Notes: generated by a model from the sequence alone, not told the origin. Counted from the stretch's first letter, positions 37,202-49,100 are shown. The stretch: 64,000 nt of DNA from Burkholderiales bacterium (GCA_035560005.1 DATMAN010000031.1:1656-65655); one strand, 5' to 3'. A program made the numbers and translations.

Positions 37202-37669
37202 CTAAGTGTCCTGAGTGAAGCGGGTAAGCTGGCGGCGCGCCTTCTTGGTGGGCCTGCCCTTTGAGAACGGGGCGCTGCGCCGCTGCGCGGCGAGCAGCGC
37301 GGCTTGCTCCTCGCGCTCGCGACGCCTGTCCTCGCTTTCCAGGTAGAGCTTGCGTGCCTCGTCGGCCGGACCGCGCCGCTCGGACAGCACGGTGACCGTG
37401 ACTTCCCAGCTGAGGGTGCCCGTGCGAATGCTCAGCCGATCGCCGACTTTGAGCGCCCTGGACGGTTTGGCGCGTTCGCCGTTGACCTGCACCTTTCCAC
37501 CCGCCACCGCCTCGGCGGCCAGCGAGCGCGTCTTGAAGAACCGGGCCGCCCACAGCCACTTGTCGATGCGAAGCCGATGCTCCGGCCCGGTCACTGCATG
37601 GTCCTCCAGCAACTTGGCCGGTGGCGCGAAAAAGGTTGCAGCCGCCTCGCGCATCGTACCGGCACCCAT
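37202..37669 (-). CDS. hslR: Heat shock protein 15 (S4-domain ribosome-associated)
   Basis: RIDKWLWAARFFKTRSLAAEAVAGGKVQVNGERAKPS plus a basic C-terminal tail. The exact start is uncertain (37669 or 37654). Confidence 0.85.
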   Translation of the reverse strand: MGAGTMREAAATFFAPPAKLLEDHAVTGPEHRLRIDKWLWAARFFKTRSLAAEAVAGGKVQVNGERAKPSRALKVGDRLSIRTGTLSWEVTVTVLSERRGPADEARKLYLESEDRRREREEQAALLAAQRRSAPFSKGRPTKKARRQLTRFTQDT

Positions 37670-37689
37670 TCACCAGCCACGGGCTGTTG

Positions 37690-38559
37690 CTACTGTCGCG
37701 TGGACGGGCCGCGCATCGCGATCTCCGAGGCGAACACCTGCTCCGCATCGACCGCGTCGAAGCTGTAATGACGCCCGCAGAACTCGCAGTCCACGTCGAC
37801 CTTGGCGCGCTCTTCGATGATCGAGCGCACTTCCTCGCGGCCCAGCATGCGCAGCATCGCCGTGACCCGTTCGCGCGTGCAGGAGCAGCGGAACGCCACC
37901 GGGCGCGCTTCGAACAGTCGCACGTCCTCTTCGTGATAAAGCCGGTGGACGATGTCCTGCGCGGGCAGGCGCAGCAGCTCCTGCGCGGTGATGGTCTCGC
38001 CCAGCTTGACGGCGCGATTCCAGGCGTCCGGATCCTGGGCCTTGGCGGTCGGCATCTTCTGCAGCATCATTCCCGCCGCCTGCTGCTCGTCGCAGGTGAG
38101 CCACAGGCGGGTTTCGAGTTGCTCGGACTTCAGCATGTAGTGCTCCAGAACCTGCGACACCGAGGCGCCTTCCAGGCTTACGATCCCCTGGTAGGTGTGC
38201 TTTTCGCCGTTGGGGACGATGGTGATGGCGAAATGCCCCTTGCCCAGCAGCGACCTCAGGTCGGCACTGCGGACCTCGCCGTGCCATTTCGCCATCGCGC
38301 GCATCGTCTGCTCGCTGGTGACCTCGACCACCAGCAGCCGTACCGGCCCTTCGCCCTGCATCTGCATGATCATCGCGCCGTCGAACTTCAGCGTGGCGGA
38401 GAGCAGGGCGCCAGCCGCCATCATTTCGCCGAGCAGCCCGCGCAGCCGTTCCGGATAGTCGCGGCGATCGAGCACCGCACGCCAGGTCGCGTCCAGATGC
38501 ACGATCTCTCCGCGCACCGGCGTGCTTTCGAGGATGAAACGCTGCAGCGAATCCCCCAT
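37690..38559 (-). CDS. hslO: Hsp33 family redox-regulated chaperone
   Basis: GEIVHLD..W.....R.DYP...R.LLGE..AA..LL.ATLKF, and the C-terminal zinc centre CSCTRERV...CEFCGRHY. Confidence 0.93.
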   Translation of the reverse strand: MGDSLQRFILESTPVRGEIVHLDATWRAVLDRRDYPERLRGLLGEMMAAGALLSATLKFDGAMIMQMQGEGPVRLLVVEVTSEQTMRAMAKWHGEVRSADLRSLLGKGHFAITIVPNGEKHTYQGIVSLEGASVSQVLEHYMLKSEQLETRLWLTCDEQQAAGMMLQKMPTAKAQDPDAWNRAVKLGETITAQELLRLPAQDIVHRLYHEEDVRLFEARPVAFRCSCTRERVTAMLRMLGREEVRSIIEERAKVDVDCEFCGRHYSFDAVDAEQVFASEIAMRGPSTRQ

Positions 38560-38569
38560 GTCGGATCAC

Positions 38570-40237
38570 TCACGAAGCGAGCCGGCGATAGAGCCGGTAA
38601 CGCTCCTCTTTGTCACCAGGGCGCTGTCCCTCCCAAATGAGTTCCCACGGCGCGCCCAGGACCTGTGGCTGGTCCCAGTTGTCTTGCGTGATCAGCAGCT
38701 CACACCGCGGCCGCTCGCCCGCCCGCTCGAGGCGCACGGTGGTGATCTGCGCAAAATAATCCAGCATGGCGCGCTGCGGCTCCCCCAGCCCCTGACTGTA
38801 GATGCACCCATGGCTGGCCGGAAGCGCCTGGGCAAGTCGCCCGATCACGTCGCGGTAAGTCTTGCCCGTGTCGATCCAGCCCACCATGAGGGTGGCGATC
38901 AGGGTCCAGACCGTGGTGAGACCAGCCGCCCACAGAATGACCGGCCGCTCCGGTGCCCGTTTGACGTTGAACACCAGTGCCAGCCAGACGACGGTTATCA
39001 GCGCGGCGAGCACGATGATCAGTGGGTGCGTGTTGGGGGCGTAGGCCGGTTGCAGCTCGAACATGTGGTCGGCCAGGCGGCGCGGCACCTCCCATTCCAC
39101 CGCGCTGAAGTAGACCCAGGTCACCAGCGAGAAAAACGTCCCGACCGCAATCGTGAACCAGTAATAGGCGTTCAGCGCCCCGCGCGGCAGTTGCTCGAAG
39201 GCCATGGACGCGAGCAGCGCGAGTGGCAACAGCAGCGGCAGTCCGTAGATATCCCGGCCTTCCCCGGCAATGCTGAGAAACAGGAAGAAGGCGGCGAACA
39301 AAACCAGCGGAAGCTGTACTTCCCGCCGGCTCATCCCGTCACGCCCGGCCACCCACAGCGACCAGGCGGCAAACGGCCACGCGGGCCAGGAAAACCAGGG
39401 CAGGATGTTCAGGTAATAGAGGTAGTCCTCGTCGCGGCTGAACGAGAACAGGGAGCGAATTCGCGTCCAGTTCTCGCTCCAGAACCACTCTCTGAACAAG
39501 TGGGGCGAGTCCGCGGCGAGCGCGAGCGGCCACACCAGCCCCCAGGGCACCGCGATCAGCAGCGCGGTGATCACGCAACGAGCGAATTGCCGGGTCCGGT
39601 ACAGCGGCGACACGACTGCCATGGCGGTGGTCGCCAGCGCCAGCATGATCGGCTCGAACAGACCGCTTGACAGCAGCGTCACGCCACAGCCCACGCCCAG
39701 CCACAACCCTCCCAGCAGCGGCCGCCGGGGCGCGGCGGCGAGGCCATAGACGGCGATCGCCATTCCGGCGAGCAGCACGATCTCGCTGGTGAGCTGGTGT
39801 CCGCGCACCAGCAGCCCGCCGGATCCCAGCAGCATCAGCGTTGCGACCCAGCGGGTCTTGCCTCCGAACAGTTCGCGCGCAGCGTAGGCGGTGAACAGGA
39901 AGACAAGCGCCATCCAGAACCCGGTGGCGAGCCGCGCAGCGTCGTGCAGCGGCAGGATCGGGGAAAAAATCAGGCCGGTGAGCGCCGCGGCGTAGTACGC
40001 CAGCGGCGGCTTTTCCAGATACGGTTCTCCCGCGAGCGAAGGCACGATCCAGTCGTCGGTCTGCAGCAGGCGGTAGACCACGCCAAAGGTGTGCGCCTCG
40101 TCGGGCTTCCAGGGATCGTGCCCGACCAGTCCCGCGAGGATCCAGACGGCGCAGATCGAGATCGTGAGCTGTGTGGGATGGACGGAAAGCCAGCTGGCGA
40201 GCTTGTCGTGTCGAAACAGGTGTGCTGGACGCAGCAT
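38570..40237 (-). CDS. Glycosyltransferase family 39 (ArnT/PMT-like) membrane protein
   Basis: 555 aa with more than 10 TM segments. N-terminal LVGHDPWKPDEAHTFGVV....EKPPLAYY, typical of the undecaprenyl-phosphate-sugar dependent GT-C fold. Confidence 0.8.
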   Translation of the reverse strand: MLRPAHLFRHDKLASWLSVHPTQLTISICAVWILAGLVGHDPWKPDEAHTFGVVYRLLQTDDWIVPSLAGEPYLEKPPLAYYAAALTGLIFSPILPLHDAARLATGFWMALVFLFTAYAARELFGGKTRWVATLMLLGSGGLLVRGHQLTSEIVLLAGMAIAVYGLAAAPRRPLLGGLWLGVGCGVTLLSSGLFEPIMLALATTAMAVVSPLYRTRQFARCVITALLIAVPWGLVWPLALAADSPHLFREWFWSENWTRIRSLFSFSRDEDYLYYLNILPWFSWPAWPFAAWSLWVAGRDGMSRREVQLPLVLFAAFFLFLSIAGEGRDIYGLPLLLPLALLASMAFEQLPRGALNAYYWFTIAVGTFFSLVTWVYFSAVEWEVPRRLADHMFELQPAYAPNTHPLIIVLAALITVVWLALVFNVKRAPERPVILWAAGLTTVWTLIATLMVGWIDTGKTYRDVIGRLAQALPASHGCIYSQGLGEPQRAMLDYFAQITTVRLERAGERPRCELLITQDNWDQPQVLGAPWELIWEGQRPGDKEERYRLYRRLAS

Positions 40238-40350
40238 TCTTGTTCAAGGCGTCATCTGCGGGCTGGCACTTCTTCGGCCCGGAAAGGACGGACGGGCGCC
40301 GCGGCGTGTGGCATGGTCCGTATTCTAGCCCCGGGCAGTCCGCCGACCGG

Positions 40351-40380
40351 AAAAAGAAAAGGCAGCCGAAGCTGCCTTTT
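40351..40380 (-). terminator. Rho-independent terminator of rpmE
   Basis: AAAAGGCAGC-cgaa-GCTGCCTTTT. On the minus strand the stem is followed by TTTTCTTTTT. Confidence 0.8.
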
Positions 40381-40400
40381 CGTGGAGCGGCCGAAGGTGG

Positions 40401-40625
40401 TCAGGCAGCCTTGGATCTGCCGCCCGCGCGCGCGTATTTCTGCTTGAAACGCTCGACCCGGCCTGCAGTGTCGACGATCTTCTGCTTGCCGGTGTAGAAC
40501 GGATGGCATACCGCACACACTTCGATATGCAGGTCACGCCCGTAGGTCGAGCGCGTCTTGAACGTGTTGCCGCAGGAACACGTCACGGTGATCTCCCGAT
40601 ACTCGGGATGAATGCCCGATTTCAT
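40401..40625 (-). CDS. rpmE: 50S ribosomal protein L31 (zinc-binding type)
   Basis: [22 protein letters not shown]......[17 protein letters not shown]. Confidence 0.95.
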   Translation of the reverse strand: MKSGIHPEYREITVTCSCGNTFKTRSTYGRDLHIEVCAVCHPFYTGKQKIVDTAGRVERFKQKYARAGGRSKAA

Positions 40626-40929
40626 CGCAGTCCTTTCTTGGCGGCGGATTGTGCGCCGGCCCCTGAGAGAAGGGCGGCATTATCCTCGCCGCTTCAGGCC
40701 TTTGCAAGCCGGATAGCCGCCGCGGTGAGGCGACAGGGCGAGCGAAGCGTGGTGCGCTCACACTTCAATCCTTGCTCCTCACTCCTTTCGCCTTACGGCT
40801 TTTCTCACCTCCCTGCCATCGAGTCGACGAACTGGCGCGCGGACTCGTTTGCGACGCAGTCGCCCGTTTGCGGGTAGCGCGCCGAGCGCAGTTCCTTCAG
40901 GGGGCTGAACGAAGCCTCAACGGTCAAAT

Positions 40930-42189
40930 CTATCCCCGTCTCATGGAGTCAAAGAACTCCGCATTGTTCTTGGTGGCCCTAAGCTTGTCCACGAGGAATT
41001 CGGTTGCTTCCAGTTCATCCATCGGGTAAAGCAGCTTCCGTAGGATCCAGACCTTCTGCAGGATCTCCGGCTTCAGCAGTAGTTCCTCGCGCCGTGTGCC
41101 GGAGCGGTTGACGTTGATCGACGGGTAGATCCGCTTCTCGGCCATGCGCCGATCGAGGTGAATCTCCATGTTGCCGGTGCCCTTGAACTCCTCGTAGATC
41201 ACGTCATCCATGCGCGAGCCGGTGTCGATCAAGGCGGTGGCGATGATAGTGAGGCTGCCGCCTTCCTCGATATTGCGCGCGGCACCGAAGAAGCGCTTCG
41301 GCCGCTGCAGGGCATTGGCATCCACGCCGCCGGTGAGCACCTTGCCGGAGGCCGGCACCACCGTGTTGTAGGCGCGCGCCAGACGCGTGATCGAATCGAG
41401 CAGGATGACCACGTGCTTCTTGTGCTCGACCAGGCGTTTGGCCTTCTCCAGCACCATCTCCGCCACTTGCACGTGGCGCGTGGCCGGCTCGTCGAACGTG
41501 GAGGACACTACCTCGCCGCGCACCGAGCGCTGCATTTCGGTCACTTCTTCCGGCCGCTCGTCGATCAGCAGCACGATCAGGTAAACCTCCGGGTAGTTCG
41601 CCGCGATGGAGTGCGCGATGTGTTGCAGCATCACCGTCTTGCCGCTCTTGGGGCTCGCCACCAGCAGGCCGCGCTGGCCGCGCCCGATGGGAGCGATGAT
41701 GTCGATGATGCGTCCGGTGAGATTTTCGTCTGATTTGATGTCCCGCTCCATGATGAACTGTTCGGTGGGAAAGAGCGGGGTAAGGTTTTCGAAGAGGATC
41801 TTGTGCTTGGAATTCTCGGGTGGTTCCGCGTTGACCTTGTCGACCTTGACCAGAGCGAAGTAGCGTTCCCCGTCCTTTGGCGTCCGGATCTCTCCCTCGA
41901 TGGTGTCTCCGGTGTGCAGGTTGAAGCGCCGGATCTGCGAGGGGCTGACGTAGATGTCGTCGGGCCCCGCCAGGTACGAGGTGTCCGGAGATCGCAGGAA
42001 GCCGAATCCGTCGGGCAGGACCTCGAGGGTTCCGCCGCCGAAAATGCTTTCGCCTTTCTTGGCCTGGTTCTTCAGCAGCGCAAAGATCAGGTCCTGCTTG
42101 CGCATGCGGTTGGCGTTTTCGATCTCGTTGGCGATCGCCATCTCGACAAGTTCGCCGACGTGGAGGTTTTTCAGTTCGGATAAATGCAT
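40930..42189 (-). CDS. rho: Transcription termination factor Rho
   Basis: 419 aa: GFGFLRS...[17 protein letters not shown], Walker [17 protein letters not shown]. Confidence 0.97.
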   Translation of the reverse strand: MHLSELKNLHVGELVEMAIANEIENANRMRKQDLIFALLKNQAKKGESIFGGGTLEVLPDGFGFLRSPDTSYLAGPDDIYVSPSQIRRFNLHTGDTIEGEIRTPKDGERYFALVKVDKVNAEPPENSKHKILFENLTPLFPTEQFIMERDIKSDENLTGRIIDIIAPIGRGQRGLLVASPKSGKTVMLQHIAHSIAANYPEVYLIVLLIDERPEEVTEMQRSVRGEVVSSTFDEPATRHVQVAEMVLEKAKRLVEHKKHVVILLDSITRLARAYNTVVPASGKVLTGGVDANALQRPKRFFGAARNIEEGGSLTIIATALIDTGSRMDDVIYEEFKGTGNMEIHLDRRMAEKRIYPSINVNRSGTRREELLLKPEILQKVWILRKLLYPMDELEATEFLVDKLRATKNNAEFFDSMRRG

Positions 42190-42334
42190 ACGGTGAGGGC
42201 CTTACGGACTGCGAATAGCCAGGAAAGAACAGAGAAAGGAAAGAGAGCGGGAAGGAATCTTGCCCGCCGCCGGCCGCTCGCTTCTCCTCGGACGCGACGA
42301 TCAGCCTGACAACTGCGAGCAAGCCTAAACGAGG

Positions 42335-42661
42335 TTAGATGTTGCTGTCAATAAAGGCCGCAAGCTGGGATCTGGATAAGGCGCCGACCTTGGTCGCCTC
42401 GATGTTCCCGTTCTTGAACAGCATGAGGGTCGGAATGCCACGGATGCCGTACTTGGGCGGTGTGGACTGGTTCTCGTCGATGTTGAGCTTGGCCACTTTG
42501 AGCCGTCCCTCGTACTCCTTCGCGACCTCTTCGAGAATCGGCGCAATTATCTTGCAGGGCCCGCACCATTCGGCCCAGTAATCCACCAGTACGGGCACGG
42601 GGGACTGCAGCACTTCGGATTCGAATGTGTCGTCGGTCACGTGGTGTATGCGTTCACTCAT
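42335..42661 (-). CDS. trxA: Thioredoxin
   Basis: [14 protein letters not shown]...[14 protein letters not shown]. The start is one of two adjacent ATGs (42664/42661). Confidence 0.95.
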   Translation of the reverse strand: MSERIHHVTDDTFESEVLQSPVPVLVDYWAEWCGPCKIIAPILEEVAKEYEGRLKVAKLNIDENQSTPPKYGIRGIPTLMLFKNGNIEATKVGALSRSQLAAFIDSNI

Positions 42662-43005
42662 CAATAGACGCCTCTAGAAAGAGCCGGGACTGCTTCTCCA
42701 AATCGGGAACTGATCCGCCCGGATGGGCGGAAAGCGGGAATGACGGCGCCAATGCTAGCCAAAAACCCGCGCGACAATCAACGCGACCAGCTGCTACCAA
42801 GCAATAACCCATTGTTCCTCTGGGGAATACGGAGATGACCGGACCTTGCCCAGACCTGGGCGCAGAGCACGCTTTGCTACAATGCGCGCTTCCCGCCAGG
42901 ACGATCTCCCGCGGTGTTTGAACTACCTCAAACCATGATGTGAAGCCGGCCGACGACTTTGTCAAGCAGTTTTTCCGGCTGGCCCGCTTTGCAAGGAACC
43001 CTCCA

Positions 43006-43329
43006 ATGACTTATGTCGTCACCGAAAGCTGCATCAAGTGCAAATACACCGATTGTGTGGATGTCTGTCCGGTGGACTGTTTCCGCGAGGGGCCGAACAT
43101 GCTAGTGATCGACCCGGACGAGTGTATCGACTGCACGCTGTGCGTGCCGGAATGTCCGGTGGAAGCGATCTTTGCGGAGGACGACGTGCCCGCAGAGCAG
43201 CGGGATTTCATCGCGCTGAACAAGGAGTTGTCCAAGGTGTGGAAGCCGATCACCGAAAAGAAGGAGGCACCGCCCGATGCCGACGACTGGAAGGACGTGA
43301 AGGCCAAGCGCCAGTACCTGGAGAAATAG
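43006..43329 (+). CDS. fdxA: 7Fe ferredoxin ([3Fe-4S][4Fe-4S])
   Basis: [26 protein letters not shown]......[14 protein letters not shown]. The upstream 22 codons of the track ORF are unlikely to be translated. Confidence 0.93.
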   Translation: MTYVVTESCIKCKYTDCVDVCPVDCFREGPNMLVIDPDECIDCTLCVPECPVEAIFAEDDVPAEQRDFIALNKELSKVWKPITEKKEAPPDADDWKDVKAKRQYLEK

Positions 43330-43357
43330 GCCCTTCGGTGGCCGCAGCGGCTGCCCC

Positions 43358-46105
43358 ATGTCCGAACCTTCCGCTGCACCGCTCGAGCGCGCCGCCGGCC
43401 CTGGAGCGCTGGTTGAGCGTGTCGCCCGCGATCTGCTGGAGGAACATCGCGAAACGCTCCCCGACCTGGGGCGTGCGGTCGTAGTCCTGCCCAATCTCCA
43501 CTGCGCGTCCGAGATCGCGCGCGCGCTGGCACGCACGGCCGGGCGCATGCTCCGGTTACCACGCTTCACGACGCTCGCCGAATGGGTCGCAGCCGAGCCG
43601 GCGCCCGCCCCTGCGCTGCCGGAAAGCGTACGCGAAGCGCAGCTCTTCGATGCGCTGCGCTCGCGCAACTGGGTGCGCGCAAGCGACCTCTGGCCGCTGG
43701 CTGCCGAACTGGGCGCACTGTTCGACGATCTCACCCGCTTCGGCGTGAAGCTGCCCGCCACGCTCGAAGAATTCGTTTCACAACTGGAAGCCGCTTACCG
43801 GGCGCGCGCGGGAGAGCCGATGCAACTCGAAGCGCGGCTCGTCCACGAGCTTTGGCACGCAGCCTCGGCGCCCGACGCTGCGCGCCTCGGTGAAGCCGCG
43901 CTGTATCACCTGCGCCTTGCGCAGATCGCGCAAAGCGCGGATTCGCCGCTCTACGCGGTGGCGCTCCCCGAGCCCACTCCCGCCGAGGATGCCTTCTTTC
44001 GCGCATACGCACGGCGCGCTCCCGTGCGCCGGTACCGCTGCCATTCGAACTGCGACGACGATTCCCTCGCACGGCTGCTCGACGCCGCCTGGCCGCTGAG
44101 CGTGGACGGCCCCGACCTGCGCAGCCGCGCGCGCTCCGCCGCGAAGCGGCTCCCGCACAGTCCCGCGGCCGGCCGCCTTGCGCTTTATGGCGCGCCCGGC
44201 CTGGAACACGAGGCTCAGGCCGTAAACGCGCAGGTGCGCCGCTGGCTCGTCGAGGGCAGAAGCAGCGTGGCCGTCGTGGCGCTCGACCGGCTGGTGGCGC
44301 GACGGGTGCGCGCGCTGCTCGAGCGCGCGCAAGTGATGGTCACGGACGAAACCGGCTGGCTTTTCTCCACCACTTCCGCAGCCACGGTGATGATGCGCTG
44401 GCTCGACGCGGTCTCCGGCGACTTCTATCACCAGGACCTGCTCGACCTGCTCAAGTCGCCGTTCATCGCGGCCGACTGGCAGGCGCGTCGCGAGGCCGTG
44501 TTCGAAATCGAGCGGGTCGCGCGCGGACACTCGATCGTCTCCGGCCTGTCCGACTACATCGCGGCGGTGCAGGAGGAAGGCAGGGCCGGTGCCGCGCTCG
44601 AACTGCTGGAGCGCCTGCGCAGGGCGGCGCGCCTCTTCCACCGCGACCGCAGGCGCAGCCTGCACGACTGGCTGGAGCTGCTGTTCGGCAGCCTGGCGGC
44701 GCTGGGCGCAGACACGGGCTTGCGGCGCGACGCGGCCGGGCTGCAGCTCATGGAGCTGCTCGAACGGCTGGCGCGCGAGCTGCGCGAAGTGGACGCCACG
44801 TTTTCCTTCGGCGAGTGGCGTCAGTGGCTCAATCGCCGGCTCGAAAGCGCCGAGTTCCGCGACAGCGGCATCGCGAGCCCGGTGATCTTCACCCAGCTCT
44901 CGCTCACACGCCTGCGCCGTTTCGACGCGGTCGTGCTGGTGGGATGCGACGATGCGCATCTGCCCGGAGAGCTCGCGCGCGGCGCTTTCTTCAACGAGTC
45001 GGTGCGCGAGCAGTTGGGGCTGCCGACCGCGCAGCGCCAGATCGCCCAGATGCGCGACGATCTACTGGGCTTGCTCGCGCGCACTCAAAGCGCGCTGCTC
45101 ACCTGGCAGTCGATGCGCTCCGGAGAAAAGAATCTGGCGAGCCCTTTCGTGGAACGCCTGCAGGTATTTCACGAGCTGGCCTGGGGCGAGCGACTCGGTG
45201 ACGGGGGCATCGGCGCACTCGCCGCGGCGGCCGAAGTTCCGCCGCCGATCCTGGCTGTCGTGCCGGCGCAGACTCGGCGCCCCGCGCCCACCGCGCGCGC
45301 CGCGCTGCTGCCAAAGAAGGTGAGCGCGAGCGGGTACAACAGCCTGCTCGCCTGTCCCTATCAGTTTCACGCGCGCCATCTTCTCGGACTACGCGAGCCG
45401 CAGGAGGTACGGGAGGCGCTGGAGAAGCGCGACTACGGCGAGCACGTTCACCGGGTGCTGAAGCGCTTCCATGAATCCTGTCCGGTGCTCTCCGGACAAC
45501 CGCGCGCGCAGCTCGAGCAATCGCTCGCGCGGTTGAGCGACGCCGTGTTTCAGGAAGCGACCGAGGCGGACTATCTCAGCCACGGCTGGCTGTTGCGCTG
45601 GAAGGCGTTGATTCCCGCCTATCTGGACTGGCAGCTCGAGCGCGAGAACGCGGGCTGGCGCTTTCACTGCGCCGAGCTGGTGCGCACGATCGACCTCGAA
45701 ATTCCCGGTGGCCACGGCCTCACGCTCGAAGGCCGCATCGACCGGGTGGACGTGCGCGACGACGGCGGCGCGCGGCGCTTCGCGGTGCTCGACTACAAGA
45801 CGCGCGACAAGGACGCGCTCAAGCGCGACCTGAAAGACACGGGCGAAGACGTCCAGCTCGCCGTGTACGCCCAGCTCGTGGAGGGCGAGGTTGTCGAAGC
45901 GCTCTATCTCAGCCTCGATCGCGGCACCGTGGAGCCGGTGCCGCTGCCCGCCGAAGTGCTGCGCGAGAGCGCCCGCGCGATTGAGCGACTGCGCGAGCTG
46001 TTTGGCCGTCTTCATGAAGGCGCGAGCCTGCCCGCACAAGGCATCGACGCGGCGTGCGCGTGGTGCGAAATGCGCGGCCTGTGCCGCCGGGACTACTGGC
46101 TGTGA
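43358..46105 (+). CDS. addB: PD-(D/E)XK nuclease family protein, AddB-type subunit
   Basis: 915 aa with no canonical Walker A. C-terminal RecB-like nuclease with LLACPYQF ... DYKT ... CAWCEMRGLC (the 4-Cys iron-staple pattern). Its stop overlaps the start of the helicase gene (GTGA). Confidence 0.8.
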   Translation: MSEPSAAPLERAAGPGALVERVARDLLEEHRETLPDLGRAVVVLPNLHCASEIARALARTAGRMLRLPRFTTLAEWVAAEPAPAPALPESVREAQLFDALRSRNWVRASDLWPLAAELGALFDDLTRFGVKLPATLEEFVSQLEAAYRARAGEPMQLEARLVHELWHAASAPDAARLGEAALYHLRLAQIAQSADSPLYAVALPEPTPAEDAFFRAYARRAPVRRYRCHSNCDDDSLARLLDAAWPLSVDGPDLRSRARSAAKRLPHSPAAGRLALYGAPGLEHEAQAVNAQVRRWLVEGRSSVAVVALDRLVARRVRALLERAQVMVTDETGWLFSTTSAATVMMRWLDAVSGDFYHQDLLDLLKSPFIAADWQARREAVFEIERVARGHSIVSGLSDYIAAVQEEGRAGAALELLERLRRAARLFHRDRRRSLHDWLELLFGSLAALGADTGLRRDAAGLQLMELLERLARELREVDATFSFGEWRQWLNRRLESAEFRDSGIASPVIFTQLSLTRLRRFDAVVLVGCDDAHLPGELARGAFFNESVREQLGLPTAQRQIAQMRDDLLGLLARTQSALLTWQSMRSGEKNLASPFVERLQVFHELAWGERLGDGGIGALAAAAEVPPPILAVVPAQTRRPAPTARAALLPKKVSASGYNSLLACPYQFHARHLLGLREPQEVREALEKRDYGEHVHRVLKRFHESCPVLSGQPRAQLEQSLARLSDAVFQEATEADYLSHGWLLRWKALIPAYLDWQLERENAGWRFHCAELVRTIDLEIPGGHGLTLEGRIDRVDVRDDGGARRFAVLDYKTRDKDALKRDLKDTGEDVQLAVYAQLVEGEVVEALYLSLDRGTVEPVPLPAEVLRESARAIERLRELFGRLHEGASLPAQGIDAACAWCEMRGLCRRDYWL

Positions 46106-49100
46106 GCGACCCGGTCCGCGAACTGAACCGCGCGGCGCTGGACCCCGCGCGCTGCGTGGTGATCGAAGCCTGCGCCGGTTCGGGCAAGACCTGGCTGCTG
46201 GTCTCCAGGATCGTGCGCCTGCTGCTCGCCGGCGCGAAGCCTTCCGAGATCCTGGCGATCACGTTCACCCGCAAGGCCGCGCAGGAGATGGCCGCCCGGC
46301 TGCACGACTGGCTGCACGATCTCGCCACGCTGCCCGACGAGGAGGTGATCGATTTTCTGCGCATCCGCGAAGTGCCCGAGAGCGAGATACGAGACTTGCT
46401 GCCGAAGGCACGCACGCTCCTCGAGGGCTTCCTGACCGATCAGCCCGGCATCACGGTGGGCACGTTCCACGGCTGGTTCCTGCAACTGCTCAGAAAGGCG
46501 CCGCTTGCGGCCGGAGCCGGCGCGGCGAGCCTGGTCGAGCAGACTTCGGCGCTGATCGACGAAGCGTGGCAGCTCTTCGCCGAACACTTGCGGCACAACC
46601 CGGAAAGCCCGCTCGCGCGCGCGCTCGATTATCTGTTCGCGACCTGCGGGCTCGCCAACACGCGCTCGCTGCTGATCGGGTTCCTGCACAAGCGCGCCGA
46701 GTGGTGGTCCTTCGTCCGCGGCGCACCCGATCCCGTGCAGTTCGCGCTCGACCGCCTGCGTGCACAGATGCCGGTTGCGCCGCAGGCCGACGTCTGTGCC
46801 GAGCTGTTCGGCGACGCGACGTTCATCGCGCAACTGCGCGAATACACCGCCCTGCTGGCGCGCAATGGCACCCCGGGCGACCGGAAGACGGCCACCGCTG
46901 TCCTGGCCAGCGAACCGTTGCCGCCCGCGCGGCGCTTCGAGATCCTGTGCTCGAAGCTGTTCAAGACGGACGGCGAGCTGCGGGCGCGTGCGCCGAATGC
47001 AGCCGTCGAGCGCCGCCTCGGCGCGGCGGGACAGGCGCGTCTGCTGGAGCTGCACGCCGGGCTTGGAGCGCGCCTTGCGGTGGCGCGCTCCCACCTGACC
47101 GAGCAGGCGATGTTTCGCTTGAACGAAGCGGGGCTTGCCTGCGGGCACGAACTGCTCGCGGCCTATCAGCGCATCAAGGCGGAACGCGGGCTGATCGATT
47201 ACACCGACGTCGAGTGGCAGGCCTGGGAGCTGCTCAACGAAAGCCAGCATGCGGAGTACATGCAGTACAAGCTCGACGCGCGCTATCGCCATATCCTGCT
47301 CGACGAATTTCAGGACACCAACCCGCTGCAGTGGCAGGTGCTTTCGGCGTGGCTGACGGCTTCGGTGGAAGCCGGGTCGCGGCCCACCGTGTTCCTGGTG
47401 GGCGACCCGAAGCAGTCGATCTATCGCTTCCGCCGCGCTGAGCCGCGGCTGTTCGGCATCGCGGCGCAGTACCTGCAGGAACGCTTCGGTGCTCGTCGTC
47501 TGGAGCAGAATGTCACTCGCCGCAACGCGCCACCCATCGTGGAGGTTGTGAACGCGCTCTTCGGCCAGGAGCCGCTGTTCGAGGCATTCCTGGCGCACGA
47601 GACCCTTCGCCCGCGGCTGCCCGGTGCCGTCCAGGTGAAGCCGCTGATTGCGCACGACGAAGAGGAACTGGCGCCGGTCGCGTGGCGCAATCCGCTCGAT
47701 GCGCCGCGCGTGGACGCCACCGACCGCCGGCGCGAGCGCGAAGCCCAGCAGCTCGCCCGGACCATCGGGCAGATCGTCGGCCGCTGGGAAGTGCGGGACG
47801 AAAGCGGCACGCCGCGGCCGGCGCGCTACGAAGACATCATGGTGCTGGTCGCGCGCCGCACGCACCTGGACATCTACGAGCGCGCGCTGCGCCATGCGCA
47901 GATCCCCTACCTCTCTTCGCGCCAGGGCGGGTTGCTGGACACGCTGGAGACCGGCGACCTCATGGCGCTGCTGCAGTTCCTGGTGCTGCCGTCCTCCGAT
48001 CTGCACCTTGCCCACGCACTGCGCTCGCCGCTGTTCTCGGCCGCCGACGAGGATCTCGCGCTGCTCGCCTCTTCCCCCGGCTCCAACTGGTGGCGACGGC
48101 TCCAGAAGCTCGCGCACGAGGGTGCGGCGCCGGAGACTTTGGCGCGCGCGTACGCACTGCTCTCGGGTTGGCTGCGTGAAGTCGATCGCCGTCCCGTGCA
48201 CGACCTGCTCGACCGCATCTATTTCGAGGCCGACGTGATGCGGCGCTACGAGGCCGCAGTGCCGGCCCCGATGCGCACCGCGGTGGCCGCCAACCTGCGT
48301 GCGTTCATGGAAGTCGCGCTCGCTACCGACGCCGGCCGTTATCCTAGCCTTCAGGGCTTCCTGCACCAGCTGGCCGATCTCAAGCGCGCCACGCCAGAGG
48401 AGGCGCCGGGCGAGGGCATCGTCGTGGAAGGCGCGGACGCGGTGCGCATCCTCACCGTGCATGGCGCCAAGGGGCTCGAAGCGCCGATCGTCTGGCTGCT
48501 GGACGCCGCCGCCAGCGATCGGCGCGCGGAAGGCTACAGCGCGCTGGTCGACTGGCCACCCGAAGCAGCGCTGCCTGGGCACTTCTCGCTGCTGACGCGC
48601 AAGAGCGAGACCGGCGCGAGCCGCGAACCGCTGGTGAGCCGCGAAACGCAACTCGCCGCGCGCGAAGACTTGAATCTGCTCTACGTCGCGATGACTCGCG
48701 CGAAGCAGGCCCTGATCGTGAGCGGCATCGACGGCCGTGGCGCCGACTCGAGCTGGCATGCGAAGGTCGCGGCCGCGGTCGAGCGCGTGGGTGCGCTCCC
48801 GGTCGCGTTGCCGCCGGCCGCAGCGCAGCCGGCGCCGCCGACCGCGGTGCCGGTGCTCGACCGCGCGCTGCTGGAAGCGCTCTCGGCGCCGCTCAACGTC
48901 GGGCGGCGCGTGGACAATCTGGTCGATCCGCGCCGGCGCCACGGCACGCTATTGCACGCGCTCCTGGAACACATGGCCCCGCCGCGCGCGATCGAAGACC
49001 GCGACTTTCTGCGGCGCAAGCTCGGTCTGGACGAGAGCGAGTTCGAGCGCATCTGGAAGGAAGCTCACGCGATCCTCGCCTCGCCGGAACTCAGACGCTT

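Noticed and set aside
46093-48942. 949-aa ORF on the minus strand
   Set aside because: It is antisense to addA, which has clear UvrD helicase motifs on the plus strand. The translation is low-complexity (R/A/G/Q-rich). Shadow ORF.
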